Source: Okamejei kenojei
Taxonomy: Eukaryota
DNA: 64,000 nucleotides
NCBI GenBank assembly: GCA_035221665.1
Contig: CM069160.1
Span: 4,650,001-4,714,000 of the forward strand
Direction of reading: 5' to 3'
Positions within the stretch are counted from its first letter, which is position 1. Every line of letters begins with the position of its first letter. Made by a program: the position numbers and the translations under genes. This document shows, in pieces, positions 1-12,193 of this stretch. Under the pieces are notes generated by a model. The model was not told the DNA's origin. It worked only from the letters and a program-made list of their open reading frames with translations, and ran no database searches.

Positions 1-41
1 CACAAAGTCTTACTCTATCTATAATTGAAACCATTTAATTT

Positions 42-1045
42 GGTGATCTTAGAGAGCTTTCTAAAATCATGAGGGCGATTGATCTGGATTTATTTTACCC
101 AGGGTAGGGTAATCAAGAACCAGCAAAACCATGTTTAAGCAGTTCAATGCTAATTTTTTAGGTGTCGGAGCTGTCAAACAGGGGCGTCACCAGATTTTGC
201 TGCAGCGGGGGGGGGGGGGGGGGGGGGGAGCAAGATAGTCTCCCTGGAGGGTCAAACAAGATTATAGCCTATCACTACATCCCAGTGTATAGCTAGTACA
301 TTAAAACATATAACACTTAATTTAATACTGACAAAATATTGCACGGTTGCACTCACTAATTATCATGAAATATCATTCTGAAGCAAGTAAAGAAAAAGAC
401 GATTGTCATGTATTTTTACAGAGGTGCTGGCAAGATACCGACTCGCCCTGACTATCCCACAGCTCTGGGCCTTCACACACACACTCACTCACACACTCAC
501 CCTCACACCCACTCAGCTACACACCCACCAGGGTTATAGGCTCAGCACCAGGCCCACAACCACAAACGATGCACACATCACATGGTCTGACTCAGCTGCA
601 TCCTAGTGCTCCCCCCTCCTACAGGGAACCTCAGTAGTGATGGGTCTTCCCCTTACCCCTCTTTTAATCAGTTTACCCCGACCACACATCCGCTAGTTAT
701 AATTCGACGCTGTTTATTATTTTCTTTAACAGAGGTGCCAGATCGGTGCCCCGGTGAGCTCCGGCAGCACTGCACCCCTGGGTTTAAGGTGAGGAGGAAG
801 ATTTAGTAGGAACCCAAGAGGCAACCTTTTCTACTAAGAGGTTACTGGGTGTATGGAATGAGCTGCCAGAGAAGGTAGAATAACAACATTGAAAAGACAC
901 TTGGACAGATACATGGATAGAACATGTTGAGAGGAAAGTGGGCCAAACATTGGCAAATGTGACTAGCCTAAATGTAACATCTTGTTCAGCTTGGAGCATT
1001 AGGCTGAAGTACCTGCTTCGGTGCTATATGGCTCTATGACTCTTT
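42..1045 (+). mobile_element. CR1/HER1-type LINE 3' fragment, split by the insertion at 140-780
   Basis: Typical CR1 3' sequence (aatcaagaaccag...gtttaag|gtgag...tggaatgagctgccaga) continues across the 140-780 insert. Confidence 0.75.
140..780. mobile_element. Non-autonomous hAT-like DNA transposon (MITE)
   Basis: Starts CAG and ends CTG with imperfect TIRs; flanked by tgtttaag (132-139) and ggtttaag (781-788), a 7/8 match 8-bp TSD; interrupts a CR1. Confidence 0.6.
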
Positions 1046-1734
1046 GTTAGATGATCATAAACATGGCAAATGGAGTTTAATAATGGAAAATATGGTGCTC
1101 ACACACTCTGGTAAGAGCAATTAAAAGGAAGCTATTATCTAAATGGAGTGAGATTGCAAATGAGTGGAGTACAAGAGATTCAAGTGCTTAAAGTGCAAAA
1201 GAAAAGCCAGCAGGTGGATGCAGCATACAACGCAGAAGGTGATTAGCATATTGGCATTCAAAGGTAGGTTACTATTGTAATTATGGGACATGATGTTGCT
1301 AAGGACATATCAGGAGCAGTGTGCACAGGTTGGTCCTCAGATTTAAGAAAGGATATATTAATATTGGATATCACCCAGAAGAGATTTCTGGAATAAGCAA
1401 GTGTTGCCTAACCGTGAATGGCTGAAATCACTGATTCAGTGATCAGTGTCCCTTGTAGATGACAAGAAACAGTTAACCTTATGAATGTATTAAAGAGGCA
1501 TGATAGGGTGGTGAATTGATGGATCGTGTGTGGATATATTCTAAAAGAACAGGGAATTGTGTCTTATGTGGAATAAGCACAGTAAAGGGGTTGAGGCCTC
1601 AGTCATATCAGCTGTTATCAAAATTAATTGCTAGACAGCTCTAATTTGTACAAATGCAGGGCAGTCTATTGAGAATTTCTGTCATGTTTGATAAACATAA
1701 TTTAACTCTTCCAATTTTTTTTCAGTTCCTGCAT

Positions 1735-1740
1735 TTTAAT
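1735..1740 (-). terminator. Candidate poly(A) signal (ATTAAA) of the class I-like gene
   Basis: ATTAAA on the minus strand about 35 nt after the predicted stop at 1774. Confidence 0.35.
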
Positions 1741-1773
1741 CACATCCATGAAATCTTTCTACTCAGCGTTTGG

Positions 1774-1814
1774 TTAGCAGTGCACGTTCTGGTTTGGTTG
1801 AATATTTTGATAAT
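1774..1814 (-). CDS. Cytoplasmic-tail exon of the class I-like gene: (D)YQNIQPNQNVHC* in phase 1
   Basis: Good acceptor (aatttccctcctcag|at tat caa aat att); YxxPhi motif; downstream of the TM exon. The phase-1 join needs one extra A in the TM exon's A6 run. Confidence 0.6.
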
Positions 1815-1944
1815 CTGAGGAGGGAAATTATATATTAGAGAACTAAGAAATGGCAGAGAACAGAACTCAGAAAGATGCAACTTGTTTATTCGCTTTAACT
1901 GTTGATCCATCCCACATAACATCCACCTTCCAGATATAATGGTA

Positions 1945-2190
1945 CAGGGCCAGACACCCGGATTTGATCCTGACTACGGGTGATGTCTGTACGGAATTTG
2001 TACCTTCTCCCTGTGACTGCATAGGTTTTCTCCAGGTGCTCCAGTTTCCTCCCACATTCCAAAGACAGACGTGCAGGTATGTAGGTTATTGACTTGTGTC
2101 CCTATATTATGTGGGTGATCGTTGGTTGGTGCGGACTCAGTGGGCCGAAATGTCTGTTTCAATGCTCTCTCTCTAAACTAAACAAAAAAC
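1945..2190 (+). mobile_element. HE1-type tRNA-derived SINE (5'-truncated)
   Basis: gatttgatcctgactacggg...ctccagtttcctcccacattccaaagac...gggccgaa...ctctaaactaaac. Confidence 0.8.
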
Positions 2191-2249
2191 TCAATGCTCC
2201 TTCAAATAGTTTTGTCCACACAAGTTCTACGTTTCCAACTTTCGCTTCC

Positions 2250-2445
2250 TCACTAGGGTCAAATTACAGAGACCAATTAATCCATAAACCCTGGCATCTT
2301 TGGTATGTGTGTGGAAACTGGAGTACAGTGGAAACCCATGCGGTCATGGGGAAAACATGCAAACTTCACACAGCCGACAACCGAGGTTAGGATTGAACTG
2401 ATGTCTCTGACGCTCTGAGGCAGCAGCTCTATCAGCTGCGCCACT
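2250..2445 (-). mobile_element. HE1-type SINE
   Basis: Reverse-strand SINE head (gtggcgcagctgatagagctgctgcctcagagcg) and body. Confidence 0.7.
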
Positions 2446-2959
2446 CATGTTCAGCACAAACGTTGTTGGACGACGGACCTGTTCCTCTATTACAGGGGCA
2501 TTCCCATGCACCGTAGAATTCAGCGAACTGAGCAACATTGGGTCACTGGAAGTATTCCCTGCCTGACGATCAGATCACATTGAAATGCCTCCAGATCAGT
2601 CGGACAGACACCAGTTAGGCAGCATCTGCCTGCAAATGATTCATGTCCCTCCAACCCCTGCATCTCCATGCACCCAGGAAGGTGCACACCAAACGCCACC
2701 ATCCCTGGCAGTGCTTCTCAGGCACACACCACATAGAGTGTAATAAAAACTTGCCCTTTTTTTAAAACTGCAGCTTCTACCCTGTACTGAATATAATGCA
2801 ATAAGTTAAATGTCATAGTAGGCATTTAGTTAATTGGGATAATTTTAGTCAATTGGGAGGTGTGATTGCAAATCCTATACAATATCATAAACCAAGTAAA
2901 ATGTGACAAAGTCAAAATGGCCCGGCACAAAGAACAGAATATTCATGAACATCGATAAC

Positions 2960-3520
2960 ATGTCAAGGTACTGAATAAAACAGTTGGGATGTTCTGCTAC
3001 AGTTGTACAAGATTCTGGTGCGGCCGCATATGGAGTATTGCGTTAAGTGTTGGTCACTCCACTATCGGAAGGATGTCATTAACAGGGCTTGAGATTCAGG
3101 GAGAGGATGGGCACGCTTGGACTTTATTCTTTGGCATCCAAGTGGCTGACGGGTGATCATATAGAGGTTTATAAAATCAAGGGGAACAGATAGATTGAAT
3201 GCATGGAATGTTTTAACCAGCCTTGTGTAATCAAGAACCAGAGGACTTAGGTTTAAGGTGAGAAGGAAACGAGTTATTCGGAACCATAGGAAGTGGAAAT
3301 ATGGAACATTCCAGGGGAAGGAGTCGAGGCAGGTATTAAAAAAGCATTTAGAACACACTTGGACAGGTACAAGTATAGTTTAATTGACCACTGTAAATTG
3401 CCCCTAGTAGGTGGGTGACTGGATGAGAAGGTGCAATAAGACAGAATTCATGAGAACAGGTGGTTGGTGGTTCGCATGGACTCAGTGGGCCAAAGGGACT
3501 GCTTGTATGCTGTACCTTTC
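2960..3520 (+). mobile_element. CR1-type LINE 3' fragment followed by a SINE tail
   Basis: LLQLYKILVRPHMEYC-like coding remnant, then the CR1 3' region. Confidence 0.7.
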
Positions 3521-3763
3521 GGATGATATCTCTAGGATTTGGTGCAGTGAATCCATAATGCCTACCTATTTATGTGACTCTGAATTCACAATTTTCAAAT
3601 ATCTGATTATCAAAAACATTTAACAACAGCACAAAGGCTAGTTGACAGTGGTGACTGGCGAGGCATTTCAGGTGTAGCTGCTGCCTTACCCTACTTGAGA
3701 TCAATCATTTCTTCAAGCCCAATACATTATTAGCAACAGTGCATTACAGTGTTTCCATCTTAC

Positions 3764-3873
3764 CTCTCCTCTTTTTTCTCTCCACCAAACAATAACTGCC
3801 AAGACAATAGCCAGTAATATCAGCACACACACGGCAATAAGGCCTATGTGCCTGTCTTTCTTCCTATTTCCTT
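3764..3873 (-). CDS. Connecting peptide and transmembrane exon of the class I-like gene
   Basis: ttatttttcag| (E)GNRKKDRHIGLIAVCVLILLAIVLAVIVWWREKRGE |gtaaga; long hydrophobic stretch plus basic stop-transfer residues; in frame with the 3' end of the alpha3 exon. Confidence 0.85.
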
Positions 3874-3957
3874 CTGAAAAATAAGAATGCATCATTTTTT
3901 ACAAATCAATTGTTAAGCTGTGCATCTAAATAGATTGGCACTGTCTGAAGACTTCAG

Positions 3958-4052
3958 GATGAAGAAGGGTCTCGACCCGAAATGCCACCTATTCCTTTTC
4001 TCCAGAGATGCTACCTGACCGCTGAGTTACTCCAGCATTTTGTGTCTATCTT
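3958..4052 (+). mobile_element. Short Penelope terminal-repeat derivative
   Basis: gaagaagggtctcgacccgaaa...ctccagagatgct...ctgagttactccagcattttgtgtctatc, same family as the 3' end of the Penelope at 30901. Confidence 0.75.
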
Positions 4053-4453
4053 TGGCGCTTTTCAAGGTATATAAATATGTTGTTTTGAATCATGGAGTTC
4101 TGCAGCATGGCAAAGGGACAATATCTGTTCTGTACAACTGTATGATCTATGGGACCATCACAGCCACAACTTAATTCAAGAAAGAAGGCGAAATGAAAGC
4201 AGAAAGCTTTAACCCTATATCACCGAACATCTGTTTTGGGGAAAATGCTGGATTCCTTTCAGTAATGGCAGAACATTTAATAATAACAAAATAATAAAGT
4301 GCATTAACAGGGCATTAATGGGAAAATTCTAGAAAGAAAGAGATGCAGATACTGATTTACACAAAAGCTTTAGTTTAGTTTATTGTCACGAGTATTGAGG
4401 TACAGTGAAAGGCTTTTGTTACGTGTTAACCAGTCAGTGGAAAGAATATACAT

Positions 4454-4608
4454 GATAGACACAAAATGCTGGAGTAACTCAGCGGAATAGCAACATCTCT
4501 GGCGAACATGTACTCAGTCAGAAGGATTGTGACCCGAAACATCAGCTATTCCTTTTCTCCAGAGATGCTGCCTGACCAGCTGAGTTATTCCAGCAATGTG
4601 TGTCCATC
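4454..4608. mobile_element. Fold-back (inverted) Penelope terminal-repeat mini-element
   Basis: Left arm gatagacacaaaatgctggagtaactcagc... is the reverse complement of right arm ...gctgagttattccagcaatgtgtgtccatc. Confidence 0.75.
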
Positions 4609-5068
4609 TATCTCCCTACACATGGACAGTTGACATTTCGTTTTGGGACCCTTCTTCAAATTTTGTTTGAGAAATTGATTAGAATTCTTTGAAAATGCAA
4701 CAGGAACCCGCAGACAATGTATATTCGAGCAGCAGTAGTTTGCAGGTGTGCACAGCCTAAAATTCAAAAACAAAATGATGGAAAAGCAGAATAGGTAACA
4801 AAATTGGAATGAGAAACAAAATAAATACAATATATTTGCACGGGTTATTGATAGGGGACGATCAGCCATGATCACAATGAATGACGGTGCTGGCTCGAAG
4901 GGCAGAATGGCCTCCTCCTGCACCTATTTTCTATGTTTCTATGTTTCTAAAATGTAGAGGTCCAAGCGTCGTGAACAAATCAATGTTTTTTTAAGATATA
5001 AACTGTTTCGGCACACTCGCGTTTAGTAAGGACTTGCGCAACGTTCCTGCCATTGTAATCGGGCACAC

Positions 5069-5160
5069 AAGAAGGGTCTCGACCCGAAACGTCGCCTATC
5101 TCCTTCGCTCCTTAGATGCTGCTGCACCCGCTGAGTTTCTCCAGCCTTTTGTGTACCCCC
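5069..5160 (+). mobile_element. Penelope terminal-repeat derivative with hammerhead-like core
   Basis: aagaagggtctcgacccgaaacgtcgcctat...; near-identical to 7755-7847. Confidence 0.8.
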
Positions 5161-5789
5161 AGTTGACTGACAAAAGTCACTGACAGCACGTCGCATCCTT
5201 AGATTAACTTTCCGAACCCTGTCATGAATGGGAAAAAACATGATAGTCCCAGCTCCCCTGACGAGGGGTTCTAGCAATAAGTGGCCTGACCACCAGATGT
5301 CGCCAGAATATCTGGAGTTTCATAAGATATCTGATCAAGTGATGCAAAGGCACATGGCTTATGACATTGGGGGTAATAATTAGCATGAATGGAAAAACAA
5401 TTAAGAGCAAGCAGAGAGTTGTCTTAAAGGAGTGTTCAGGTTGGGGAAACGGCAACTGCAGGTTGGGAATCAATGCACGAAAGTGAACTACTTATCGTTG
5501 GCATTAAGAGCAGGTGAAGGGACTGATGGTGCTGTAGCCTAGATTGCTGATGATAGATAGATAGGTTGGAAATTAAGTTTCGGAGTATGTCAACAGTCTT
5601 CAGAGTGAAACATCAGATTCCTTAGTTGTGCATTGTTCGAGGGAATCTTCAAAAGTGAGCATTTGTGTAGGTTAGTGCAGCATACTGGAATCAAATTGGT
5701 ACGATCACTGTTTGTCCGGCAGTTATATTTTTCGTTGCAGAAGCTGTAACTTGCGTCACAGAACTTACTTCATTAGGTTTCGTTTTAAT

Positions 5790-6500
5790 TAATGCCAGAT
5801 GTTTCAAGATACAGTGAAAAGGTTTTTTTTGCATGCTATCCAAACAAAATTAGATACTATACATAAATAAAAAAACTCAAAAACAATAGATAGAGCAAAG
5901 AGGAGGATACAGAGTACAGAATATAGTTCTCAACATTGTATCGCAATCAGTTCCACAGACAATATTCAATGTGTTATGAGGTTGAGGTGAATCGGGCATT
6001 AAACATACATTCTGGAAGGACACTTCCGAAGCCTGATAACAGATGGAAAGGGGGTGTTCCTGAGTCAGGCAGTGCATATTTTTAACTTTCTGTACCTATT
6101 GCCTGATGGGAGCAGGAAGGAGGAATGACCGGGGTGGGATAAGGCTCGTTTTTCCAAGGCAACCAGGTGTAGATTGAGTCAATAGTAGGAAGTCTGGCCT
6201 GTGTGATGATCTTTAACTCTGTGTATATTCTTGCAGTCTTGGGCAGTGCAGTTCCCAAATCAAGATGTGATGCAACTCACAACATGCTTTCTCAAGCGGC
6301 ATCTATAGATGTTTGCTGGAGTCACCAGAGACATGATGAATATTCCCAGTCTCCTGAGGAAGTAGATGTGCCGGTGTGCCTCCTTGGCTATGTGGTCAGT
6401 CCATGACAGAATATTGGATATATTCATGCCAAGGAACATGAAGCTCTCAATCATTTGCACTTCAGACCACTGATTCGGATTGGGGCATGTGCTCCCCCAG
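5790..6500 (-). mobile_element. Rex1/Babar-type LINE 3' fragment
   Basis: ORF 6260-6460: IESFMFLGMNISNILSWTDHIAKEAHRHIYFLRRL...IYRC, typical of the Rex1 RT C-terminus. Confidence 0.75.
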
Positions 6501-6817
6501 TGCCTTGCTGTTAATCACATCATGAGGAAAGATTATTTTTTTTATTTAAACGTACCTTTCATGGATTTCAGTTTCCACCACTGAGAATCCCAAATACTCC
6601 TTCCTTGTATCAGTTATTTATTTACTTTTGATAAATTTTCTGTTGACAAAGTCTTCTGCTCAAGTGGAGAGTGGGTGCTGATTACGTGATTGCTTAGAGC
6701 AACACCACTAAACAAATAAAGTTTAAGCATCTTGGAATATGGGATGTAGTCACAATGATTAAAATGGAAACAACAGAAGATAATGATTATCTACTAAATA
6801 ATATTTAATGTTCTTAC

Positions 6818-7083
6818 CCCAGATGATGGTCTTCCCACCGGGCAGGCTGCTGTGATCGACATGACAGGCATACTGTTTCCCATCATACGGATCATACTCA
6901 AGGACAGACTTAAATGATATGTTCCATCGTTGTTGGGTATGACCCCAGAAGATTTGGTCTCAGAGACATGTTGACCATTCTGCAACCAGCTGACATTGAT
7001 AGCCGGTGGGTAAAACCCAAACACAGTGCAGTACAGGACTGAATGATCATCAGGGCGGGCAGCGAGAGTGACCTCAGGGGAAA
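6818..7083 (-). CDS. MHC class I-like alpha3 (C1-set Ig) exon; 1-bp deletion near 6902 as assembled
   Basis: ttgtag| VSPEVTLAARPDDHSVLYCTVFGFYPPAINVSWLQNG...PNNDGTYHLSLS[frameshift]EYDPYDGKQYACHVDHSSLPGGKTIIW |gtaaga; CxxxGFYP, W, DGTY and YxCxVxHxSL motifs; exon is 266 nt versus 267 needed. Confidence 0.92.
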
Positions 7084-7129
7084 CTACAAGACAGTAAGTT
7101 GGTTATTTTCACCTTCAGTAAAACTTGCA

Positions 7130-7600
7130 GTCACTCACCAAAAATATTATTCAGTCTACTACAACCACCAAGTTACTGTCCTCATCTGCCCCATTTTGCC
7201 TCTTTCATCACCATCAACAAACCACGTGGTTTAATAAGGGATCGCACGCTCCCTGTTAAGGACAGTACACAAGAAAGTTTGAAAGCACGTACCATTAAAT
7301 TCAGGAACAGCTTCTTCCCCACTGTTATTGGACTACTGAATGATTCTCATGTAAGATAAGGTGTTGTCCTGATCTTCCAACCAATCTCATTGTGATCCTT
7401 GCAACTCTTTTTGATCTGCACCTTCTCTGTAACTGTAATGCTATGACATTGTAATTCTGCACTCTGAATATTGTTCTCTTTGCACTGTTCTACCTGTGGA
7501 TGGCTTGATTGCACATGTGTAGTATGATATGATTGGATAACACACAGGCAAACTTTAGACTATATCTCAGTTCATGTGACATCAATAAACTAATACCAAC
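7130..7600 (+). mobile_element. Rex1/Babar-type LINE 3' end
   Basis: SLKARTIKFRNSFFPTVIGLLN followed by the family 3' UTR and aataaac tail. Confidence 0.7.
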
Positions 7601-7754
7601 GGCAAATCTTTTCACTGCGGCACATTATTGATTATAATAAATAATTGAATGTTACAAAATGAGGGCCAATTGGGGAGGGGACAAGCTTAAATTGGCAGTA
7701 TTTTCACTCTTCTTCAATAAGAGATGAAAGGGACCAGTCATTGTATTAAAAATT

Positions 7755-7847
7755 CTGAGAAGGGTCTCGACCGAAACGTCGCCTATCTCCTTCGCTCCTT
7801 AGATGCTGCTGCACCCGCTGAGTTTCTCCAGCCTTTTGTGTACCCCC
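7755..7847 (+). mobile_element. Penelope terminal-repeat derivative with hammerhead-like core
   Basis: ctgagaagggtctcgaccgaaacgtcgcctat...; near-identical to 5069-5160. Confidence 0.8.
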
Positions 7848-8504
7848 ATTGTTTATAAATTCTCTTTTGCGGGAGTGTGGTCCATTCTCGCTGGCACTCT
7901 CAACCCCAGAGATTTGTGAAGACATAATCATTGGAAGTATTTAATGTGGCGGTCGATAAACGTTTGAAAGATTGCAGAATTCAGTGCAATGAGGAACTGC
8001 ACCGAACAGGAGTTGAGGCCCGAGGAAGGTCCAGCCATGGACATATTGAATGGTGGGCAGGTTTCAGGATCAAATGGCTTTACTCGGAAACTTGATAACC
8101 GAGGAGAAAATCAGGCTTCTGAATGATCATTCCGTCAGCTAGGGTACTGTCCAATTGACCACTACTTACTCCATTATAGACAGTGACTTTGTTTATGGAA
8201 CTATGTACAAGGAACTGTAGATGCTGGTTTAAACCGCAGATCTACACAAAATGCGAGCGTAACTCAATGGGTCAAGGCTAGCATCTTGGAAGAAGGAATG
8301 TGTCACGTTTCATGTTGAAACCCTTCTCATGGAAACTAGTGTGCACTACATTGCTGAGAACTATATGCGCACTGTAACATCCCCTTTACTCGACCTACAG
8401 TACCTTGAGTTTGACTTGATCAGATATATGCATGTTGTTATCATCATCCAATTGGATAGCATGCAAAACAAAGCTTTACACTGTTCCTCAGGACATGGGC
8501 AGCA

Positions 8505-8885
8505 CATGCACAGCGGGAAAGAGTTGCCTGCCTTTACAGTACCACAGACCAAGTTCAATCCCTGACAATGGTACTGGTCTAATGGAGTTCAGATATTCTT
8601 CTCCATTATTTTTGAGGAGGTGTGTTGGTGGGGGTGTGTCAGGGTGCTGGCGGGGGGGGGGGTGGGTGGGGTGTGTTAGGTTGAGTTAGTTTTGGGTTTT
8701 GGTTGGGGAGGGATAATGCGCCGGCTGCTCCATTCAGGCACATGCAAAGACGTGCAGGTATGTAAAGATTTTGGGCTGTCTGTAAGTGTCCTAGTGTGTA
8801 GGAATTTGAACTAATGTTGGGGTGTCTCGTTATCAGCACAGTTCAGTGGGCAAAAGGCCTATTTCCAAGCTGTACCTTCTAAAAT
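8505..8885 (+). mobile_element. Degenerate HE1-type SINE
   Basis: gcacagcgggaaagagttgcctgcctttacag...caaagacgtgcaggtatgt...gggcaaaaggcctatttcc. Confidence 0.65.
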
Positions 8886-10639
8886 AAAGTGACAATAATA
8901 ATCCTAAACATACCCCTTGCTAACTGTATATTAGTGCAAATCATCGGTGGGCTTTGCCCACAGGATCTCTCCCTCTACCTCTTCCCTCTCCCCTCTCCTC
9001 TCCCTCTCCTCTTCCCCCGGCAGAGTTTACTAATAAATAAATAGGGATTCTAACCACTAAGCGAAGTTGATCATCTTCGCACACGATCTCCTTGTTGTTG
9101 TTGGAACTAAGTGCAAGCCTGCTCTTAACTGGTGTAGCAGAACTGTTTATGTGTGACAAGTCATGAAAAAAAGTGTAAAAAGGTTAAAAAAAACACAAGT
9201 GAATTAACATGTTGAAAGAACAATGAGACTGTACAAATGTAGTGCACTACGGCACTGTTCCAGTGACGAGGTCCGAGCACAATCTTGAAACAGAAAAAAC
9301 TTAAACTGAAGCAGGTGACTCTACTTTCAACCATCCAGTGCTGTTATACACTGCCTTGCATGAGAAAATGGAAATTGGTTTTTCCTTGGGGCATAAAAAC
9401 AGACTTTTTCAAGAGACTTGGGAAGTTGCAAGCTAGTCCTGGAATTGGTGGATCTCTGCGAGCTGTCCAACGAGAACGTATTGTACTTTATGTACCGGAT
9501 GACTTGACTGGAGAGAATGCCGAAAAACATTCACTGCAGATAAGACACAAAAGGCTGGAGTAACTCACGGGACAAGGCAGCGCTCTGGAGAGAAGGGATG
9601 GGTGTCCAGCAATCTGCTGTTTCCATCCAAACCATTTTCACTGCATCTCTGCATTCAAGAAACCTAAACAGAGTGTTTAAAATACAGCACATACTTTAGC
9701 TATATGCATGGAGGTCAGGCTGTTTGTGATTTTGCAGGTGATAACGTAAATAATTTAAAAAAAAACACAAAAACGGGCAGGGTAACAGTGGCTCAGGCAG
9801 CATCGAAAGACAGGTTTACGTAAGTTACACTACGGATCCTTCTTCGTGCTTCTTGCATTCTGTTCTGTCTGAAACGTCAAACTTAACTGTTGAAATGACC
9901 AGTTCCGTTATCGACAGGGAATGCAACTCGTTGAATGTGGAATTTAGTATTGAAAGTTGCAAACCATGTCCAGGCAGAACGGATTTGTTGGTCCTCAAGG
10001 TTACTTTCAGCCTTGCTATCCTAGTGTAGTAGGTAAAGATGGATGGATAGTGGTGGGGGTCAAATGGAGAATTAAAGTGGCAGGAAATTGTGAATCTTAG
10101 AAAGTCCCATGGAGTGATAGGCGGGTTCTCCAGAAAGCAGCCATTCAACTTTGTTTTTCTATTGAATTCTACAATGTGGAAATTACAACATAAATACCAA
10201 ATGCAGTCTAATTTGACTGAAGTGCAAGTGTTTTCAAATGGTTTCACATTGAAGAACTGCCTGGGGCTATGGTCAAGGGAAGGGAAGAGGAGAAATGGAG
10301 AGGATGTTTGCATGCACCAAGACAGGAAAGTAAAGGAAAGTTGTGGGGATAGTAGAGCAGACCAAGGAGCAAACAGGGAATACTGGACATTTCAAAAACA
10401 TAGAATGGCGACACACAGAGCAGGAGGATGGTGGAAGAAATTGATTGACTAATTGAATCAGATTTAAACTGGAGCGAGGAATATTCACCATGCATATTCC
10501 TCCATGGAGAGTGGAAAACGTATCCCTGCCACTCGCCATTGAGAATATACATGACCATAGTACAGTAACAGTCACCAGAACAGGAGTTCAGCCTGTAATT
10601 GTCCATGTCGAACAGAATACCAAGTTAATACTAAGGCAA

Positions 10640-10945
10640 CACAGAAGCACAGTGAAAGAGTGGCTGTCCCATTACAGCATTAGAGACACGGGTTTGATCC
10701 TGACTCGAGTGCTGCCTGGACAAACAGTGGTTGTATGGGCTCTCTGTCTTCCTGTGGGTTTTCTCTGGGGGCCTCGGGGCGGTACTGCTTCCAAATACAA
10801 AAGGCATGCAGGTTAATTGCTTTTGTAAATGTTTCCCCTTGCTTGTAGACAGAAATAGTGAATGGGCAATTGCTGGTCATGCAGCACTCAGTGGCCCCAG
10901 GCGGTCCTGTTTCCATACACTATCTCTAAAACTAAATCAAAACTA
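10640..10945 (+). mobile_element. HE1-type SINE
   Basis: agagacacgggtttgatcctgac...ctctaaaactaaatcaaaac tail. Confidence 0.7.
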
Positions 10946-11149
10946 ATCTCCACTACTGATGTGATCCATAGCCGTGTATTCGCTGCATCTCCCGAGCCTT
11001 CCCAAGCCTTCTTAAGCACCATTATCAGGTCCCTCTAACCACCAACTCCTGGTACGAATTCTAGTACCACTCTCTCTGTGCAAAAAACAACTGACCGCAC
11101 ATCTCGTGTAATATGTTGCCCGTCGAAGCTAACGCTATGCTCTATAGAG

Positions 11150-11870
11150 AGTGTGATTGAGATGCAATCGTATTAGGGCGGTCAAACGTGGTCAAGAAAA
11201 TCCACGGTGAACTAATAGGAAGACATCAATTTACCACTTTCTCCCGGTCATAACAGGGATGTAATCTGAGTTCTAGAAGGCACCGGATCAAGCCCATATT
11301 GGAGAATTGTAGCAATTATGGCACCATATCCCCCCCCGGCGGGGGCCCCGGGGGGGGGGTGGGGGGGCTGAGGGAGGATGTGCGGCTCTGAGAGGTCCAG
11401 AGGAGGTGACAAGATTGATCCCAGGAATGAGTGGTTAACATATGATGAGCATTTTGATGCAGTTAACCCGTACCGTTCGCTGATTGTAGAAGAATAAGGA
11501 GGGACCTCATTGAACAACCATACCAAATAAGTGAACGGCTGGATAGAGAGGATGTCTCCACTGGTGGGAGAGTCTACGACATGGAGGTAATTGTCTCAAT
11601 ATTAAAGGACATTCTTTGGTGAAAGAAGATGAGGAGGAATATATATTGTCCAGAGGGTGGTGATTCTGTGAATTATTGGCCACAGAAGGCTTTGGAATCG
11701 TCAAGTGGATATTTATTTTTAAGGCATAGATGGAGTCTTGATTATATCAAGTCAGGGGTATGGGAGAAGCTGGAGAATGGAGTTAGGGGGAAGATAGATC
11801 AGCCATGATTGAAATGCGGAGTAGTCCTGATGGCCCGAATGTTCTAATGCTGGCACCCATCACTTAGGAC
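11150..11870 (+). mobile_element. Noisy CR1-type LINE 3' fragment
   Basis: Recognisable CR1 3' sequence (gggacctcattgaa..., gatcagccatgattgaa) with many indels. Confidence 0.6.
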
Positions 11871-12193
11871 CTTATGACTCTGTTGGTTTCCTCCCCATGT
11901 GATCCAGTTGTGGGTTCCAGATAACCGAAAAACGAGCCAGTGAGCTAGTCGACATTGCAAATTATCCGTAGTGACTGATGACACGGAAATCCGAGGGTGC
12001 TGAGTGCAAGTGTGAGAGAGAGAGAGCTGTGGAACAGTCCGTCGACATTGCATGAAAACTAGCCCTAGACCAATGGCCGAATTACCTTTCCCTCTGTCAT
12101 GATTGGTCAGAGATAATATTACCACTTGCCTCAAAAACAGGAAATATTACTAATGCCTACCACACAAAACAACATCCTTTGTTCTGAACTCAC

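Noticed and set aside
6818-7083. Reading the C1-set exon as MHC class II beta2, Ig/TCR constant or tapasin
   Set aside because: It follows, in phase, an exon with class I alpha2 hallmarks (GCE, DGxD, second Cys) and precedes a single TM exon.
9825-10606. Overlapping 100-162 aa minus-strand ORFs within the class I-like gene intron, one with a signal-peptide-like start
   Set aside because: No domain motif or convincing splice sites. NELHSLSITELVIST resembles the Penelope segment before KPADKGG, so an old retroelement relic is more likely.
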